A DNA stretch of 64,000 nt, from the IMG/VR virus record IMGVR_UViG_3300028886_000066, positions 32,001-96,000 of that record; one strand, given 5' to 3'. The translations under genes were made by a program, and so were the position numbers. Shown here in pieces: positions 9,654 through 18,867 of this stretch; the first letter of the stretch is position 1, and each line of letters begins with the position of its first letter. Source of the DNA: a virus. Its lineage: Duplodnaviria > Caudoviricetes. The notes beneath the pieces were generated by a model. The model saw nothing but the letters and a program-made list of their open reading frames with translations, did no database searches and was not told the DNA's origin.

Positions 9654-9834
9654 CGAAAACCATGTGGGAGGTGTGCAAGACCTCCCTTTGGACTTACCGA
9701 AGCGAAACGGCCAACGTAACGCTGACGTGCCAAATTCTAATCGAAATGCTGAATCTCATAGAAACATGGTTTTTTATCCCTACACTTTACTATCTGGCTT
9801 TCGGGACTGCCAACCCGCTACACGTAACAGGATT

Positions 9835-10170
9835 TCATTCTGAGCGAACGAGACGTCTGACCTCGTCGTAGATTCGCAGCATATTGTCGATGGAGAGGAA
9901 GCAAGAACTGCCCCAGTACTCATCGTTGAACTGCGTGACGTAGAACTGGCTACCATTTCGGCTGTCCATGTAGGCAATACGGTCGGCAAGGATTGTCTCG
10001 CTTGTCTCGTTCTTGAAGTTGTGGAGAATCAGCGTATGACGAAACACGACATCCTGCCCGACTTCTGCTCCAAGCTGTTTCAGCAGCTCGATTGTCGATG
10101 TGGTTATTGACTCGCGGCACTCGGCTACGGCGTTGTTCACTCGCTTGTTTGTCTTAGTCTTGATTTTCAT
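9835..10170 (-). CDS. Small hypothetical early protein
   Basis: Conserved leader. Confidence 0.8.
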   Translation of the reverse strand: MKIKTKTNKRVNNAVAECRESITTSTIELLKQLGAEVGQDVVFRHTLILHNFKNETSETILADRIAYMDSRNGSQFYVTQFNDEYWGSSCFLSIDNMLRIYDEVRRLVRSE

Positions 10171-10237
10171 AATTGTTGAGTTTTAATTGGTTAGACATAA
10201 ATTCGTGAGCCGCCCCGCGATTGGGCGTTTGCGGCTC

Positions 10238-10528
10238 TTAGAGAGACTTGTACTCTTCGTACTTTGTCTTCATACCAACAGGAGCGTAGACGTTCAGGGC
10301 GTAGTCTACAAGTGCTTCCTGCAAGTCCAAGTCAAGTTCAACAAAGAAATAGTTCATTACCGCATGACTTCCGTAATCGTCGTAGATTTGGTTAAACTTC
10401 CCTCTTAGATGGTTTTTGAGGTAGTTTTTTCCAGTCTTCTCGCAGATGTAGTTGATAAACTCTTCTGGATTCGGGTAGTTGTAGCCGAATTTCACAAAGA
10501 TGTGAACAAGTAGCATTTCTTTTCTCAT
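10238..10528 (-). CDS. Small hypothetical early protein
   Basis: GTACGATTATG start. Confidence 0.8.
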   Translation of the reverse strand: MRKEMLLVHIFVKFGYNYPNPEEFINYICEKTGKNYLKNHLRGKFNQIYDDYGSHAVMNYFFVELDLDLQEALVDYALNVYAPVGMKTKYEEYKSL

Positions 10529-10543
10529 AATCGTACTTTTGTT

Positions 10544-10702
10544 TTAGAGTTCAACTTCCTGTTCGATGTCCATAAGATAGCCCTCTTTTCCGCAATTCGG
10601 GAAAGCACAAGTGCCGTAATCGACGTACATTTCCGTCATGCAGCTGTTGCAGATGACGTGGTCTGGGCAGAAGTAGTTCACGTTGGAAAAATCTTTAATC
10701 AT
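10544..10702 (-). CDS. 52-aa Cys-rich, Zn-ribbon-like protein (not in ORF track)
   Basis: MIKDFSNVNYFCPDHVICNSC...TCAFPNCGKEG; full conserved leader. Confidence 0.7.
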   Translation of the reverse strand: MIKDFSNVNYFCPDHVICNSCMTEMYVDYGTCAFPNCGKEGYLMDIEQEVEL

Positions 10703-10777
10703 AATTGTTTGAGTTTTAAATTGTTAGACATAAAATTCGTACTCGGCAGGCAACTTTCGTGTCTGCCAAGCAGGGAG

Positions 10778-11026
10778 TTACGCTTCGATTTCGTCAAGCG
10801 TCAGTTCGATGGAATACTTTTCGAGCGCTTCAAACATCCATTTCTTACGGCGGTACTGTAACTCTGCCCAAGACTCGCGGTAGTCTTCATCTTTGTCGAG
10901 ACGGTTGGCTTCGCGACGAGCAATCAGATACTCGTTGATGTCGTTCAGGACTTCAGCCGTTTCCTCGAAGTCGAAGTCACGGCACATCATCTCGTTCAGG
11001 AGTTCGATAAGTGTCTGTTGTTTCAT
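10778..11026 (-). CDS. Small acidic hypothetical protein
   Basis: ATGA-coupled to upstream gene. Confidence 0.75.
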   Translation of the reverse strand: MKQQTLIELLNEMMCRDFDFEETAEVLNDINEYLIARREANRLDKDEDYRESWAELQYRRKKWMFEALEKYSIELTLDEIEA

Positions 11027-11304
11027 TCTTCCTCAAAGTTTAGGTAGAGATTCTGTCTTGCCATGTCGCAGTAATCAATGGAGCCAATCGGCTCGCACAA
11101 TTCCCAATCCATTTCCTCGTCGGTATGAAATTCTGGATTGCGACCTGAATAGATGCAGTTCACGTTTGAGCAGTTGAAAGCGGAAAGTGAGCCGTCGCTG
11201 GTGTCGTAGACAAATTCGATGCCCTTGTTTCTGGCTTCGCAGAGGACTGCGTTAAGTTTCTTCAAAACTTCGAGATGTTCGGTAGTTAATGCTTTTTGTT
11301 TCAT
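11023..11304 (-). CDS. Small hypothetical early protein
   Basis: Conserved leader. Confidence 0.78.
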   Translation of the reverse strand: MKQKALTTEHLEVLKKLNAVLCEARNKGIEFVYDTSDGSLSAFNCSNVNCIYSGRNPEFHTDEEMDWELCEPIGSIDYCDMARQNLYLNFEEE

Positions 11305-11459
11305 AATCATTTGAGTTTTTAAGGGTTAGACAATAAAAAGTGACGGCAATGAGTTTTTCGCTCAAAGCCGACTGCAAGTTTAGCATCACAAAGTCCACAC
11401 CTGAAATGAGGTGGATAGCGTGGGAGCTGGCAAAGCTGATTGCCTGCGCCCTGAAGAGT

Positions 11460-11690
11460 TTAGATGTTTGCTGTGCAGAAGAAATCGTCGTTCACAAAAC
11501 AAACGCCCTCGTAGTTCCTGAAAATCACGCAGTCAGGAACAATTTCGTCGGCGTTTGCTAAATCGAAATAGGACGGCTCGTTGTAGTCCACGTCTAAGAC
11601 TTCTGCAAACGTTCCCTCATCGGCGAGCTGTTCGAGATAGTTACATTTCAGCTCAGTCAGTTGTTCTCTTGTTAATTCTGTTACGTCCAT
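11460..11690 (-). CDS. Small very acidic protein
   Basis: 18 D/E vs 3 K/R in 76 aa (manual count). Confidence 0.78.
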   Translation of the reverse strand: MDVTELTREQLTELKCNYLEQLADEGTFAEVLDVDYNEPSYFDLANADEIVPDCVIFRNYEGVCFVNDDFFCTANI

Positions 11691-11693
11691 AAT

Positions 11694-11900
11694 TCATTTC
11701 AGATTAAGTTCACATTTGATTCCTAATTTCATACAGAGAAGTTCGTACTCGGCAAAGTACTTGTGGTCACGCAGGATTCCCTCTTCGATTTCATGTCTGA
11801 GAGTTTTTTCTGCCCGTTTGATTGCATCGACGTTGTGGTTGTTCTGCCAGAAGTCCCACAGATATTCGCCGATTGCGATTCTGATTTTGTCTAAGGTCAT
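11694..11900 (-). CDS. Small hypothetical early protein
   Basis: Conserved leader before MTLDKIR. Confidence 0.75.
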   Translation of the reverse strand: MTLDKIRIAIGEYLWDFWQNNHNVDAIKRAEKTLRHEIEEGILRDHKYFAEYELLCMKLGIKCELNLK

Positions 11901-11951
11901 AATCGTTTGAGTTTTAAGGTGAAACAATAAGTGCAATCGGTAACGTTTCCG

Positions 11952-12201
11952 CTACCGAAAGCGTTTAGAACTGGACTTGCGACACGAACCATTCTTCGCG
12001 GAATCCGTACTTTGCGGCGACTTGATTCCCTGTGCGTTGAACATTGCGAATGTCTCGGCGGTGTAGTCGTAGTCATCATCACAGAGGAAGACGAGGCGGG
12101 AATGTGAAAAACCATCGAAATCGATGGGTTTAAAGCCGTACTTCTTGCAGGTTTTCAAGAGCTGCTTCGAGTATTTTTAGGCAGTTCAACTACTATTTCA
12201 T
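11952..12201 (-). pseudogene. Decayed fragment homologous to the ddrB-ParB-like protein
   Basis: KKYGF...FSHSRLVFLCDDDYDYTAETFAMFN vs NKYGF...FSHPRICLVADDEYPYTTEIFAAFN. Leader ATG followed by AAA TAG. Confidence 0.6.
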
Positions 12202-12213
12202 AGTCTCTGAGTT

Positions 12214-12447
12214 TTAATTGTTGATTAAATTCTTGATTTCTTCTTGTGTTTCGGTGACGCGGATTTCCTTATATTGGACTCCGTTGGTGTATTCGACTAA
12301 GGCGTAGGGATAGCCCCAATACTTCGCTTCGGATTCGTTTACATTCTCGAAACGGACGATGCAATCAGAGTTGAATGTCACCTTTGCGGTTTTCATCTCC
12401 TCTGTTGCGCCACTTGTAATAACTGTAAGGTCGATAAATTTTGCCAT
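12214..12447 (-). CDS. Small hypothetical early protein
   Basis: Partial leader. Confidence 0.78.
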   Translation of the reverse strand: MAKFIDLTVITSGATEEMKTAKVTFNSDCIVRFENVNESEAKYWGYPYALVEYTNGVQYKEIRVTETQEEIKNLINN

Positions 12448-12459
12448 AATCTTTGCGTT

Positions 12460-12690
12460 TTAATATTCAACTTTGATTCCACAACTTTTGATGATATTCT
12501 CCTGTGCTTTGTGTACGAAAGCAGGAGCGAAATAGCCATCAGTCCACATTATCAGTTCTCCGTGCATACCACGCTGATAACCGATGTAATGTGTTTCAAT
12601 AGCACCCGTGCTAAGCCCATGACTTTTTAGCACGTCAATAACTTTCTGTACGCACCCAGGGCGCGTTTCGAGATAATACAATTTGTTCAT
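12460..12690 (-). CDS. Small hypothetical early protein
   Basis: GATTATG start at MNKLYY. Confidence 0.75.
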   Translation of the reverse strand: MNKLYYLETRPGCVQKVIDVLKSHGLSTGAIETHYIGYQRGMHGELIMWTDGYFAPAFVHKAQENIIKSCGIKVEY

Positions 12691-12745
12691 AATCTTAATG
12701 TTTTGAAATGTATAGTAAGCCACGCCGAAACTAATCCGTGTGACT

Positions 12746-12889
12746 TTAGTGGGGTAAAGTAACGTAAAGTGGCCAGACAATCAGATTACGCTCGTTCTTT
12801 ACGTCTTTAACGTAATACGTTCCGTTGTAGCAGTGTTCGCAAGTCGAAATTCGTCTTGCAATACAATCTTTGCAGCATTTGTACTTCAT
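12746..12889 (-). CDS. 47-aa Cys-rich protein
   Basis: CCKDC...CEHC; ATGA-coupled. Confidence 0.6.
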   Translation of the reverse strand: MKYKCCKDCIARRISTCEHCYNGTYYVKDVKNERNLIVWPLYVTLPH

Positions 12890-13131
12890 AGTGCAGAAAA
12901 TTCCGTTGAAACATCTTTCCAGTCCGTAAACACCTTTGACACTTTGTCCCAATACTCTGTGCCGTTGTGTTTCCCCAGAGAAACCTCAATCGTGAAGAGG
13001 TGCATCGTCTTGAAATTTCCGTCATCGTAGATACGATAGGATTTTCCGTCCTTACCAGTCTTTCGCTCAATCTCTCTCGGAGCAAGCAGATAAGCCATTC
13101 TCTCAGCTTCGTTCTTGAAATTCTTTTTCAT
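12886..13131 (-). CDS. Small hypothetical early protein
   Basis: Conserved leader. Confidence 0.78.
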   Translation of the reverse strand: MKKNFKNEAERMAYLLAPREIERKTGKDGKSYRIYDDGNFKTMHLFTIEVSLGKHNGTEYWDKVSKVFTDWKDVSTEFSAL

Positions 13132-13197
13132 AATCTTTTGAGTTTAGTGAAACAATAAATTTGTACCTTTGCGGAAAACCGATTCCGCAAAAGTAGT

Positions 13198-13356
13198 TCA
13201 GGAGATTCTTTCGAGACGTTTGTTTGCGCCTATCCAGTGATGCAGGACGGATGACGGCGATAAGTCTGCACTGTCGAACTCGTAGGTTTTCACTTCGTCG
13301 GTGTGGTCGTGGTTTTTCGCGGACATGGGATTGTAGGTGAGTCTGTATTTGGACAT
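13198..13356 (-). CDS. 52-aa hypothetical protein (not in ORF track)
   Basis: MSKYRLTYNP...; fills the gap between two array genes. Confidence 0.6.
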   Translation of the reverse strand: MSKYRLTYNPMSAKNHDHTDEVKTYEFDSADLSPSSVLHHWIGANKRLERIS

Positions 13357-13360
13357 GGCC

Positions 13361-13573
13361 TTAGATATTTACGAAGTAGAGCCACGAATTAATCAGCGAA
13401 ATCTCGTCATCGTTGACTTTTTCAGAAAGTTCATCCAGAGTGAGGATGTCTGCCTCGTCATATCCGAAATTGGATGCAATGTTAGCGAGGTCGTACTTCT
13501 CTCTGTCGCTCATCTTTACCAACTCGTCACGATTGTAAGAGTCGGCGGAAAATAATAATGCGTAAGTTTTCAT
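13361..13573 (-). CDS. Small acidic hypothetical protein
   Basis: Conserved leader. Confidence 0.78.
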   Translation of the reverse strand: MKTYALLFSADSYNRDELVKMSDREKYDLANIASNFGYDEADILTLDELSEKVNDDEISLINSWLYFVNI

Positions 13574-13643
13574 AATTCTTTGAGTTTAATAAGTGAAACA
13601 TAAATTTGTAGAGTAGGGGAAACTAATCCCCAGACTCCGACGG

Positions 13644-13913
13644 CTACATCTTTTCGGGATTCCAGATGTCATCCTTTGTAGCCCATTTCTCAATCTTCTC
13701 GCCACAAACCATTGCGTGAACAAGGAAAAGAAGATTGCGCGTACTTGTAGAACTGCATTTCATCATGCAGAGTCCGACACCTCGTCTCAGGAAATACCAG
13801 AAATCAGGCTCATTTTCAGTTCCGCAATTATTGACGGTTGCGGTAATGAACACGTTTTTCTTTGCAGCGCACTTGATAGCGTTTGAAACCAAATTGTCAA
13901 TACAATACTTCAT
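13644..13913 (-). CDS. Small hypothetical early protein
   Basis: Conserved leader. Confidence 0.78.
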   Translation of the reverse strand: MKYCIDNLVSNAIKCAAKKNVFITATVNNCGTENEPDFWYFLRRGVGLCMMKCSSTSTRNLLFLVHAMVCGEKIEKWATKDDIWNPEKM

Positions 13914-13970
13914 AATCTTTAGAGTTTAGTGAAACATTTGCGATGTTTGGGACATTTCTGCCCCAAACTT

Positions 13971-14204
13971 CTACGCAGCAATCTTTTCGCGCACCTTAGC
14001 GACTTTCTCAGGTGTATCGAACCAGCACCGACCGTCAATGCAGTAATACTGCAAATCATCTTGTGGAACGTGATAGACTTCAATCACTTTCTCGTCAGTT
14101 ACTTTCTCGGCAAACTGCTTAACTTCTTCTTCTGTCAAATCGTAGGTGTAAACAAGGCAGTTGTCGCCATTCTCGAAATTCACGAATAAATTCTTTACTT
14201 CCAT
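13971..14204 (-). CDS. Small hypothetical early protein
   Basis: Leader places start at MEVKNLF. Confidence 0.78.
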   Translation of the reverse strand: MEVKNLFVNFENGDNCLVYTYDLTEEEVKQFAEKVTDEKVIEVYHVPQDDLQYYCIDGRCWFDTPEKVAKVREKIAA

Positions 14205-14271
14205 AATCTTTGAGTTTTTAAGTGAGACATAAAATTCGTACTTCGCAGGACATTCCAGCCCTGCAAAGCGG

Positions 14272-14610
14272 TTAGATACAAAAGTCCGATTCATACCCGC
14301 CTTTGTTGTCAGGCCACATCGGATAATTTGTAAGGATGAATCCAAGATGATAGAACGGGAACTTGAACTTTGCCACATTTGAGCCATCATCAAGCAATCC
14401 CAAAAGCGGCTTGACCATTTCCGTAGCCTTTTCGTCAATGTACTTTTCAGAATACCACCATGCCAGAGGCTCGTTTGCAAACATTGCACGCATTATATTC
14501 TTGATTGATTCTTTTATCTCATCAAGATTGTCACTGCTGGAAATGTTCAGAGAATGAGACTCTTGCGTGTGACAAGTGGTCAGGTACAGATAAAATGCTT
14601 TCTTTTCCAT
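14272..14610 (-). CDS. Small hypothetical early protein
   Basis: Conserved leader. Confidence 0.78.
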   Translation of the reverse strand: MEKKAFYLYLTTCHTQESHSLNISSSDNLDEIKESIKNIMRAMFANEPLAWWYSEKYIDEKATEMVKPLLGLLDDGSNVAKFKFPFYHLGFILTNYPMWPDNKGGYESDFCI

Positions 14611-14676
14611 AATTTTTGAGTTTTAAAGTGAATACTAATTTTGTACTTCGCAGGAAAATTGATTCCTGCAAAGTGT

Positions 14677-14877
14677 TTACTTTCCGTAATTTGGATTCGG
14701 CACTCGCGTTTCAGTTATCCGCACTCTTGCACCTGCCTCACGATAGCCAGCAACGTCACGGCGAACGTCGGAATACTTTTCTTCTGGCTTAAAGTAAGAA
14801 CATTCGATTTCCCATCCGTAGCCGTAGTTTGTCCAGATATTCCATCCGTACAGATACTTGTTTTCTTTCTTTTTCAT
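14677..14877 (-). CDS. Small hypothetical early protein
   Basis: Conserved leader; NYGYGWE motif. Confidence 0.78.
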   Translation of the reverse strand: MKKKENKYLYGWNIWTNYGYGWEIECSYFKPEEKYSDVRRDVAGYREAGARVRITETRVPNPNYGK

Positions 14878-14941
14878 AATTCATAAAGTTTTAAAAGTGA
14901 AACATAAGCGACTCAGGGAAGAATTAACCTCCCCGAATCTT

Positions 14942-15343
14942 TCAATGAAGAGTCAAGCCTAAAAGTTCGTATGTCGTCATACCCATTTCGCGGATAGGCT
15001 CTGCGAGAATGGCATGATTCAGATGAGGACATTTTGTTGAGCCGATTTTTTCATCCTCTGCAATGAACTTTCCGACTTTGAGAAGAACCCATCTCTGATT
15101 TGTTTCGGGATAGACTCTTTTCATCGTGCAGAGCAATTCCGTAACGTCAACATAAACATCGAATTTAGAATACTCGTAAGCCAGATAAGTCTCACGGTCA
15201 ACTTGTTTGCCGATTTCTTTTTCGTACTCGTCAAAAAGAGCTTGATGTTTCTTCCAGCTGATTTTCCCGTTTTTGTCAAGAATACTTTTGCTGAAAATCT
15301 CGCCTTCCAGACTCTTGATTGTTGAATAATCATACTTTGCCAT
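14942..15343 (-). CDS. Hypothetical early protein
   Basis: Conserved leader. Confidence 0.8.
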   Translation of the reverse strand: MAKYDYSTIKSLEGEIFSKSILDKNGKISWKKHQALFDEYEKEIGKQVDRETYLAYEYSKFDVYVDVTELLCTMKRVYPETNQRWVLLKVGKFIAEDEKIGSTKCPHLNHAILAEPIREMGMTTYELLGLTLH

Positions 15344-15405
15344 AATTCAATGAGTTTTAAGTGAAACAATAGAATCAGTGGGCTAAACTGATAGCCCAGA
15401 GATTT

Positions 15406-15666
15406 TTAGAACCATCCAAGAAATCCCAAATAACGTGTGGACTTCCTTTTCTGACTTGCGTTTACTTTCGGGTTGATTGCGCCGTGAGTGTAGCCGTAAG
15501 TTTCTTTGCGGTAGATTGCATCCATTACAGCATAGACTTCTTTGTAGTCTTCAACTTTGCTTAGGTCGATTGCGTTACGCTTGAATAATTTGTTCAGATT
15601 GCACTCAACCGTTTCCCAAGAGACAAACTGCTCTTTGCACATCTCCAAAAATTTCTCTTTTTCCAT
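15406..15666 (-). CDS. Small hypothetical early protein
   Basis: Conserved leader. Confidence 0.78.
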   Translation of the reverse strand: MEKEKFLEMCKEQFVSWETVECNLNKLFKRNAIDLSKVEDYKEVYAVMDAIYRKETYGYTHGAINPKVNASQKRKSTRYLGFLGWF

Positions 15667-15733
15667 AATTCAATGAGTTTAGATTGTTAGACAAATTTTG
15701 AACAATCGGGCAAAACTAATCGCCCGAAAGTTT

Positions 15734-16075
15734 TCAGCCGAAACGGTTCAGGTCGTAGGAAACAGAAACGAGACATTTGTTCAAATCTGTTACTACTTCC
15801 TCGAACTCGAATGTCTTCTTGACAAATTGCTGGTCGTACTTCATGATGATTTCCTTTGCAAGCGCAAAACTCTCTCTCTCGATATTCCCGTCTCTATGTC
15901 CAGAGTAAAGAGTGAATTTCTCATGCCAGATGTCTCCGTTGTTTGAAAGGAAAGTTTTCTCATCCCTTTCTGCAATACAAATCACACCATAGAAACCGTG
16001 AAAGAAGAAATAGTTCTTTCCAGTGAAGAGAATGTTGACTTCTCCACCAAATAATTCTGATTTAAAAAATTCCAT
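15734..16075 (-). CDS. Small hypothetical early protein
   Basis: Conserved leader. Confidence 0.78.
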   Translation of the reverse strand: MEFFKSELFGGEVNILFTGKNYFFFHGFYGVICIAERDEKTFLSNNGDIWHEKFTLYSGHRDGNIERESFALAKEIIMKYDQQFVKKTFEFEEVVTDLNKCLVSVSYDLNRFG

Positions 16076-16148
16076 AATTCATAAAGTTTTAAAGATTAAA
16101 CATAAATTAGCCACCAGAGCGAAAATTAATCCGCTCCGATGAAAAGAT

Positions 16149-16448
16149 TCAGATGATTTCTTTCTTTATCATTTCAGCCAAAGCCAAAAGCGTAAAGCCA
16201 GCGTTTCCGTCGTAGGCCAAATCCTTGCGGCAGACGACATTGTGATAGAAAGCGTTTTCGAAAACATCTTCATTGCAACTCAGGCTTGCGCCGACGGCGG
16301 TACGGTACGGGTCAATCATGTAAGCGATGAGGTTTGCGCGTTTTCCTAAGATTCGGATGACTTCCTGTGTACGATTGCGGACGATTTCGATTGCATCATC
16401 AATCTGCTTGTCGGTGTAAAGGCGACGCTTTTCGATTTTCTTTTTCAT
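16149..16448 (-). CDS. Small hypothetical early protein
   Basis: Leader places start at MKKKIEK. Confidence 0.78.
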   Translation of the reverse strand: MKKKIEKRRLYTDKQIDDAIEIVRNRTQEVIRILGKRANLIAYMIDPYRTAVGASLSCNEDVFENAFYHNVVCRKDLAYDGNAGFTLLALAEMIKKEII

Positions 16449-16526
16449 AATTCTGTGAGTTTTTAAAGTGAAACATAAATCGTAGGCACGCCAACTTCTC
16501 AGCCAGCGCACCCGAAACATTATCCA

Positions 16527-16730
16527 TTATGAAACTACAATTCCAAACATTTCAATTCTCCGATTGATTTCCGCTTTTGCTTCTTTCAGAGTATCAGTAA
16601 TCATCGGAATCATATAACCACAGGAATAGATTTCGTACTGCTTTGCAGGAATCCATTTCGTACCGTCAAATTCAACTACTCTTTTTCGCTGAATTTCATA
16701 ACCTTTGTAGGTGTAAGTCTTTGTAATCAT
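16527..16730 (-). CDS. Small hypothetical early protein
   Basis: Conserved leader. Confidence 0.78.
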   Translation of the reverse strand: MITKTYTYKGYEIQRKRVVEFDGTKWIPAKQYEIYSCGYMIPMITDTLKEAKAEINRRIEMFGIVVS

Positions 16731-16798
16731 AATCTTTTGAGTTTTAAGTGAATAATTCGCTCCCCGAAAATATTTCTCGTACTTTCGGGAAAATTGTG

Positions 16799-17248
16799 TT
16801 ACGCAGCTTCTTTTTCCTGTTCGCGCTCGTATTCAAGTTCGGAAATCCACTCGCCGAAATTGTAAGTGAGTCCCCAAGTTCCGAAAGCACGGAAAAACCA
16901 ATCAAACGCCCACGTCTGGAACTTCTTCAAATCTTCGTCGGAAATAGTTTCGTCGTCAATGCTTTTTATCACATCGTCAAACGTTCCCCACGGCTGAATC
17001 TCAGAACCGATAAACTCAGGACAATATTCCCAGTCTTCACGAATATTGCAGAAATTCCCGCACATCTTCGTATCTTTTCTGTGAACGTACTTTTTCATCG
17101 ACTCCAAAGTTTCAAACGCGGAGTTGGCAGCGTAATCTTCGGTTTCGGATTCCCAAGAACCGTAATCCATTCCGTAATTTTCGATTGTCTCCTTGAAGAG
17201 ATTCAGGAACGTTTCGTAAACGTCATCGTAATTCAAAAAATCTTTCAT
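16799..17248 (-). CDS. Acidic, aromatic-rich early protein
   Basis: About 35 D/E vs 14 K/R in 149 aa; conserved leader. Confidence 0.8.
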   Translation of the reverse strand: MKDFLNYDDVYETFLNLFKETIENYGMDYGSWESETEDYAANSAFETLESMKKYVHRKDTKMCGNFCNIREDWEYCPEFIGSEIQPWGTFDDVIKSIDDETISDEDLKKFQTWAFDWFFRAFGTWGLTYNFGEWISELEYEREQEKEAA

Positions 17249-17319
17249 AATGGTTGAGTTTTTAAAAGTGAATAAATAATTATCGTACTTTGGCGCAGGA
17301 CTGACCGCGCCAAAATAAA

Positions 17320-17649
17320 TCAGGATACTTCGATAATTTCGTCAATGCGTCCGCAAACAACATGACGCAGTGCAGTTTTATCAAAAGCATAATACTCAAA
17401 CCAACTTCCGTATTGGTTAATAATGTACCTTTTCAGGAAATCTTTGAAACCAAATAGCCAACCTTGCAGCGGAATAGAATGCTTTGAAAAGGTGTTGTGA
17501 AAAACTTTTTCGGAAATCCAGTTCTTTTCTTCGCGTGAAAGTTTCTCGCCATTCATGCACTTTTGTTTGAGTTGATAAACTTTGCTTTCTTTCAATTCTT
17601 CGAGCGCAGGAACTTCCCACGTTACGAACTTGTAAGCCATTTCTTTCAT
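17320..17649 (-). CDS. Small hypothetical early protein
   Basis: Conserved leader. Confidence 0.8.
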   Translation of the reverse strand: MKEMAYKFVTWEVPALEELKESKVYQLKQKCMNGEKLSREEKNWISEKVFHNTFSKHSIPLQGWLFGFKDFLKRYIINQYGSWFEYYAFDKTALRHVVCGRIDEIIEVS

Positions 17650-17715
17650 AATTATTTTGAGTTTTAGGGGTTAATTTTCGTACTTCCCGCGAAATCTCTC
17701 TCACGGGAAATAAAT

Positions 17716-17862
17716 TCAGCGCAAAGACGGATAACGTTTCATGATACGCTCGCACTCCCTGGATAAAGTCAGATACAACATAGAACTTTTTTCAAGATTC
17801 GCCATGATGTTACGATTCGCGTTCAACGAATTGCTCGCAACCAATTTGTCTAATTTGCTCAT
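17716..17862 (-). CDS. 48-aa hypothetical protein (not in ORF track)
   Basis: MSKLDKLVASN...; starts 3 nt after the upstream stop. Confidence 0.6.
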   Translation of the reverse strand: MSKLDKLVASNSLNANRNIMANLEKSSMLYLTLSRECERIMKRYPSLR

Positions 17863-17865
17863 AAC

Positions 17866-18084
17866 TCACGCAACTTTTGATTTCATAAGTTTGTCGTACA
17901 AAGTTTCTGGAGTATCTTTTTCCTCCCAGAACATTTCAAGACAGGCGCAAATCTCATTCTTCGTAGCGTTTGGGAAAACATCACGAACAACTTCCGACAT
18001 CTTTTTCGTACTCTCAGGATTAACCCAAGCAAGAAGAGGATCATCAAAAATCCTCTCCAGTTCCTTTCTTAATTCTTCTTTCAT
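17866..18084 (-). CDS. Small hypothetical early protein
   Basis: Conserved leader. Confidence 0.78.
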   Translation of the reverse strand: MKEELRKELERIFDDPLLAWVNPESTKKMSEVVRDVFPNATKNEICACLEMFWEEKDTPETLYDKLMKSKVA

Positions 18085-18148
18085 AATTATAAGAGTTTTA
18101 AGTGAATAAAAAATCGTACTATCGGTAAGATTTACCCTACCGATAATT

Positions 18149-18289
18149 TTAGAAACACAAACCTATATTCTGCTGAGAATTGAAAAACTTTTCAGCTTTC
18201 TCAAGCATTTTCGTACTACCACAACCGAAATTGTAATACAGTCGATAAACTCTTTCGAGCTGTTCGGAAATCTGTTTGAACGTTTTCAT
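18149..18289 (-). CDS. 46-aa hypothetical protein
   Basis: AAAATTATG start at MKTFKQ. Confidence 0.65.
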   Translation of the reverse strand: MKTFKQISEQLERVYRLYYNFGCGSTKMLEKAEKFFNSQQNIGLCF

Positions 18290-18351
18290 AATTTTCTCCT
18301 TTCTGAAATAAAATTCGTACTTCGTGCCAGCTCTCACCAGCACAAAGCAAA

Positions 18352-18795
18352 TTACCAGACTTTTATCGGCTTTCTTTTCGGATTCATCAACGCGCCACCT
18401 TTCAAGAAAGAATTGCAGGCGCGTTTCAGAGATTTCCCAGAATAGAATTGCCAAAGCTGACCGTCAATTTCATCGCCGTTTTCATTTATCGGCATGAAAT
18501 CGGAATTGTAACGGCCATCGGGTGAAACCTGAGTTTCATAATGCTCAAATTCATTTTTCCCGTCGTAATTCTCGTAGCCGATTGTTCCGACATAAAGTTT
18601 TCTTTCAGTGTCGAAAACTTCAGCGGTGAAATACGGATGACCAAAAGACAAATCTGAAAAATCGACATAAAATTTCGGATTCGGATTTTCTTTTGTCGCT
18701 CTCATCGTCGTCCCGTGACTTTCGTCTTTAATGTACGGGCAAAACTGCAAACCGAGATTCGCAGAAGTCTTTTCGCAAAATTCTTTGAAGTTCAT
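18352..18795 (-). CDS. Hypothetical early protein
   Basis: Conserved leader. Confidence 0.8.
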   Translation of the reverse strand: MNFKEFCEKTSANLGLQFCPYIKDESHGTTMRATKENPNPKFYVDFSDLSFGHPYFTAEVFDTERKLYVGTIGYENYDGKNEFEHYETQVSPDGRYNSDFMPINENGDEIDGQLWQFYSGKSLKRACNSFLKGGALMNPKRKPIKVW

Positions 18796-18867
18796 AATCT
18801 TTGAGTTTTAATTGTGAATAATTATCGTACTTCCAAAATATTTTTCGTACTTTGGAAGTGAAAAGTA

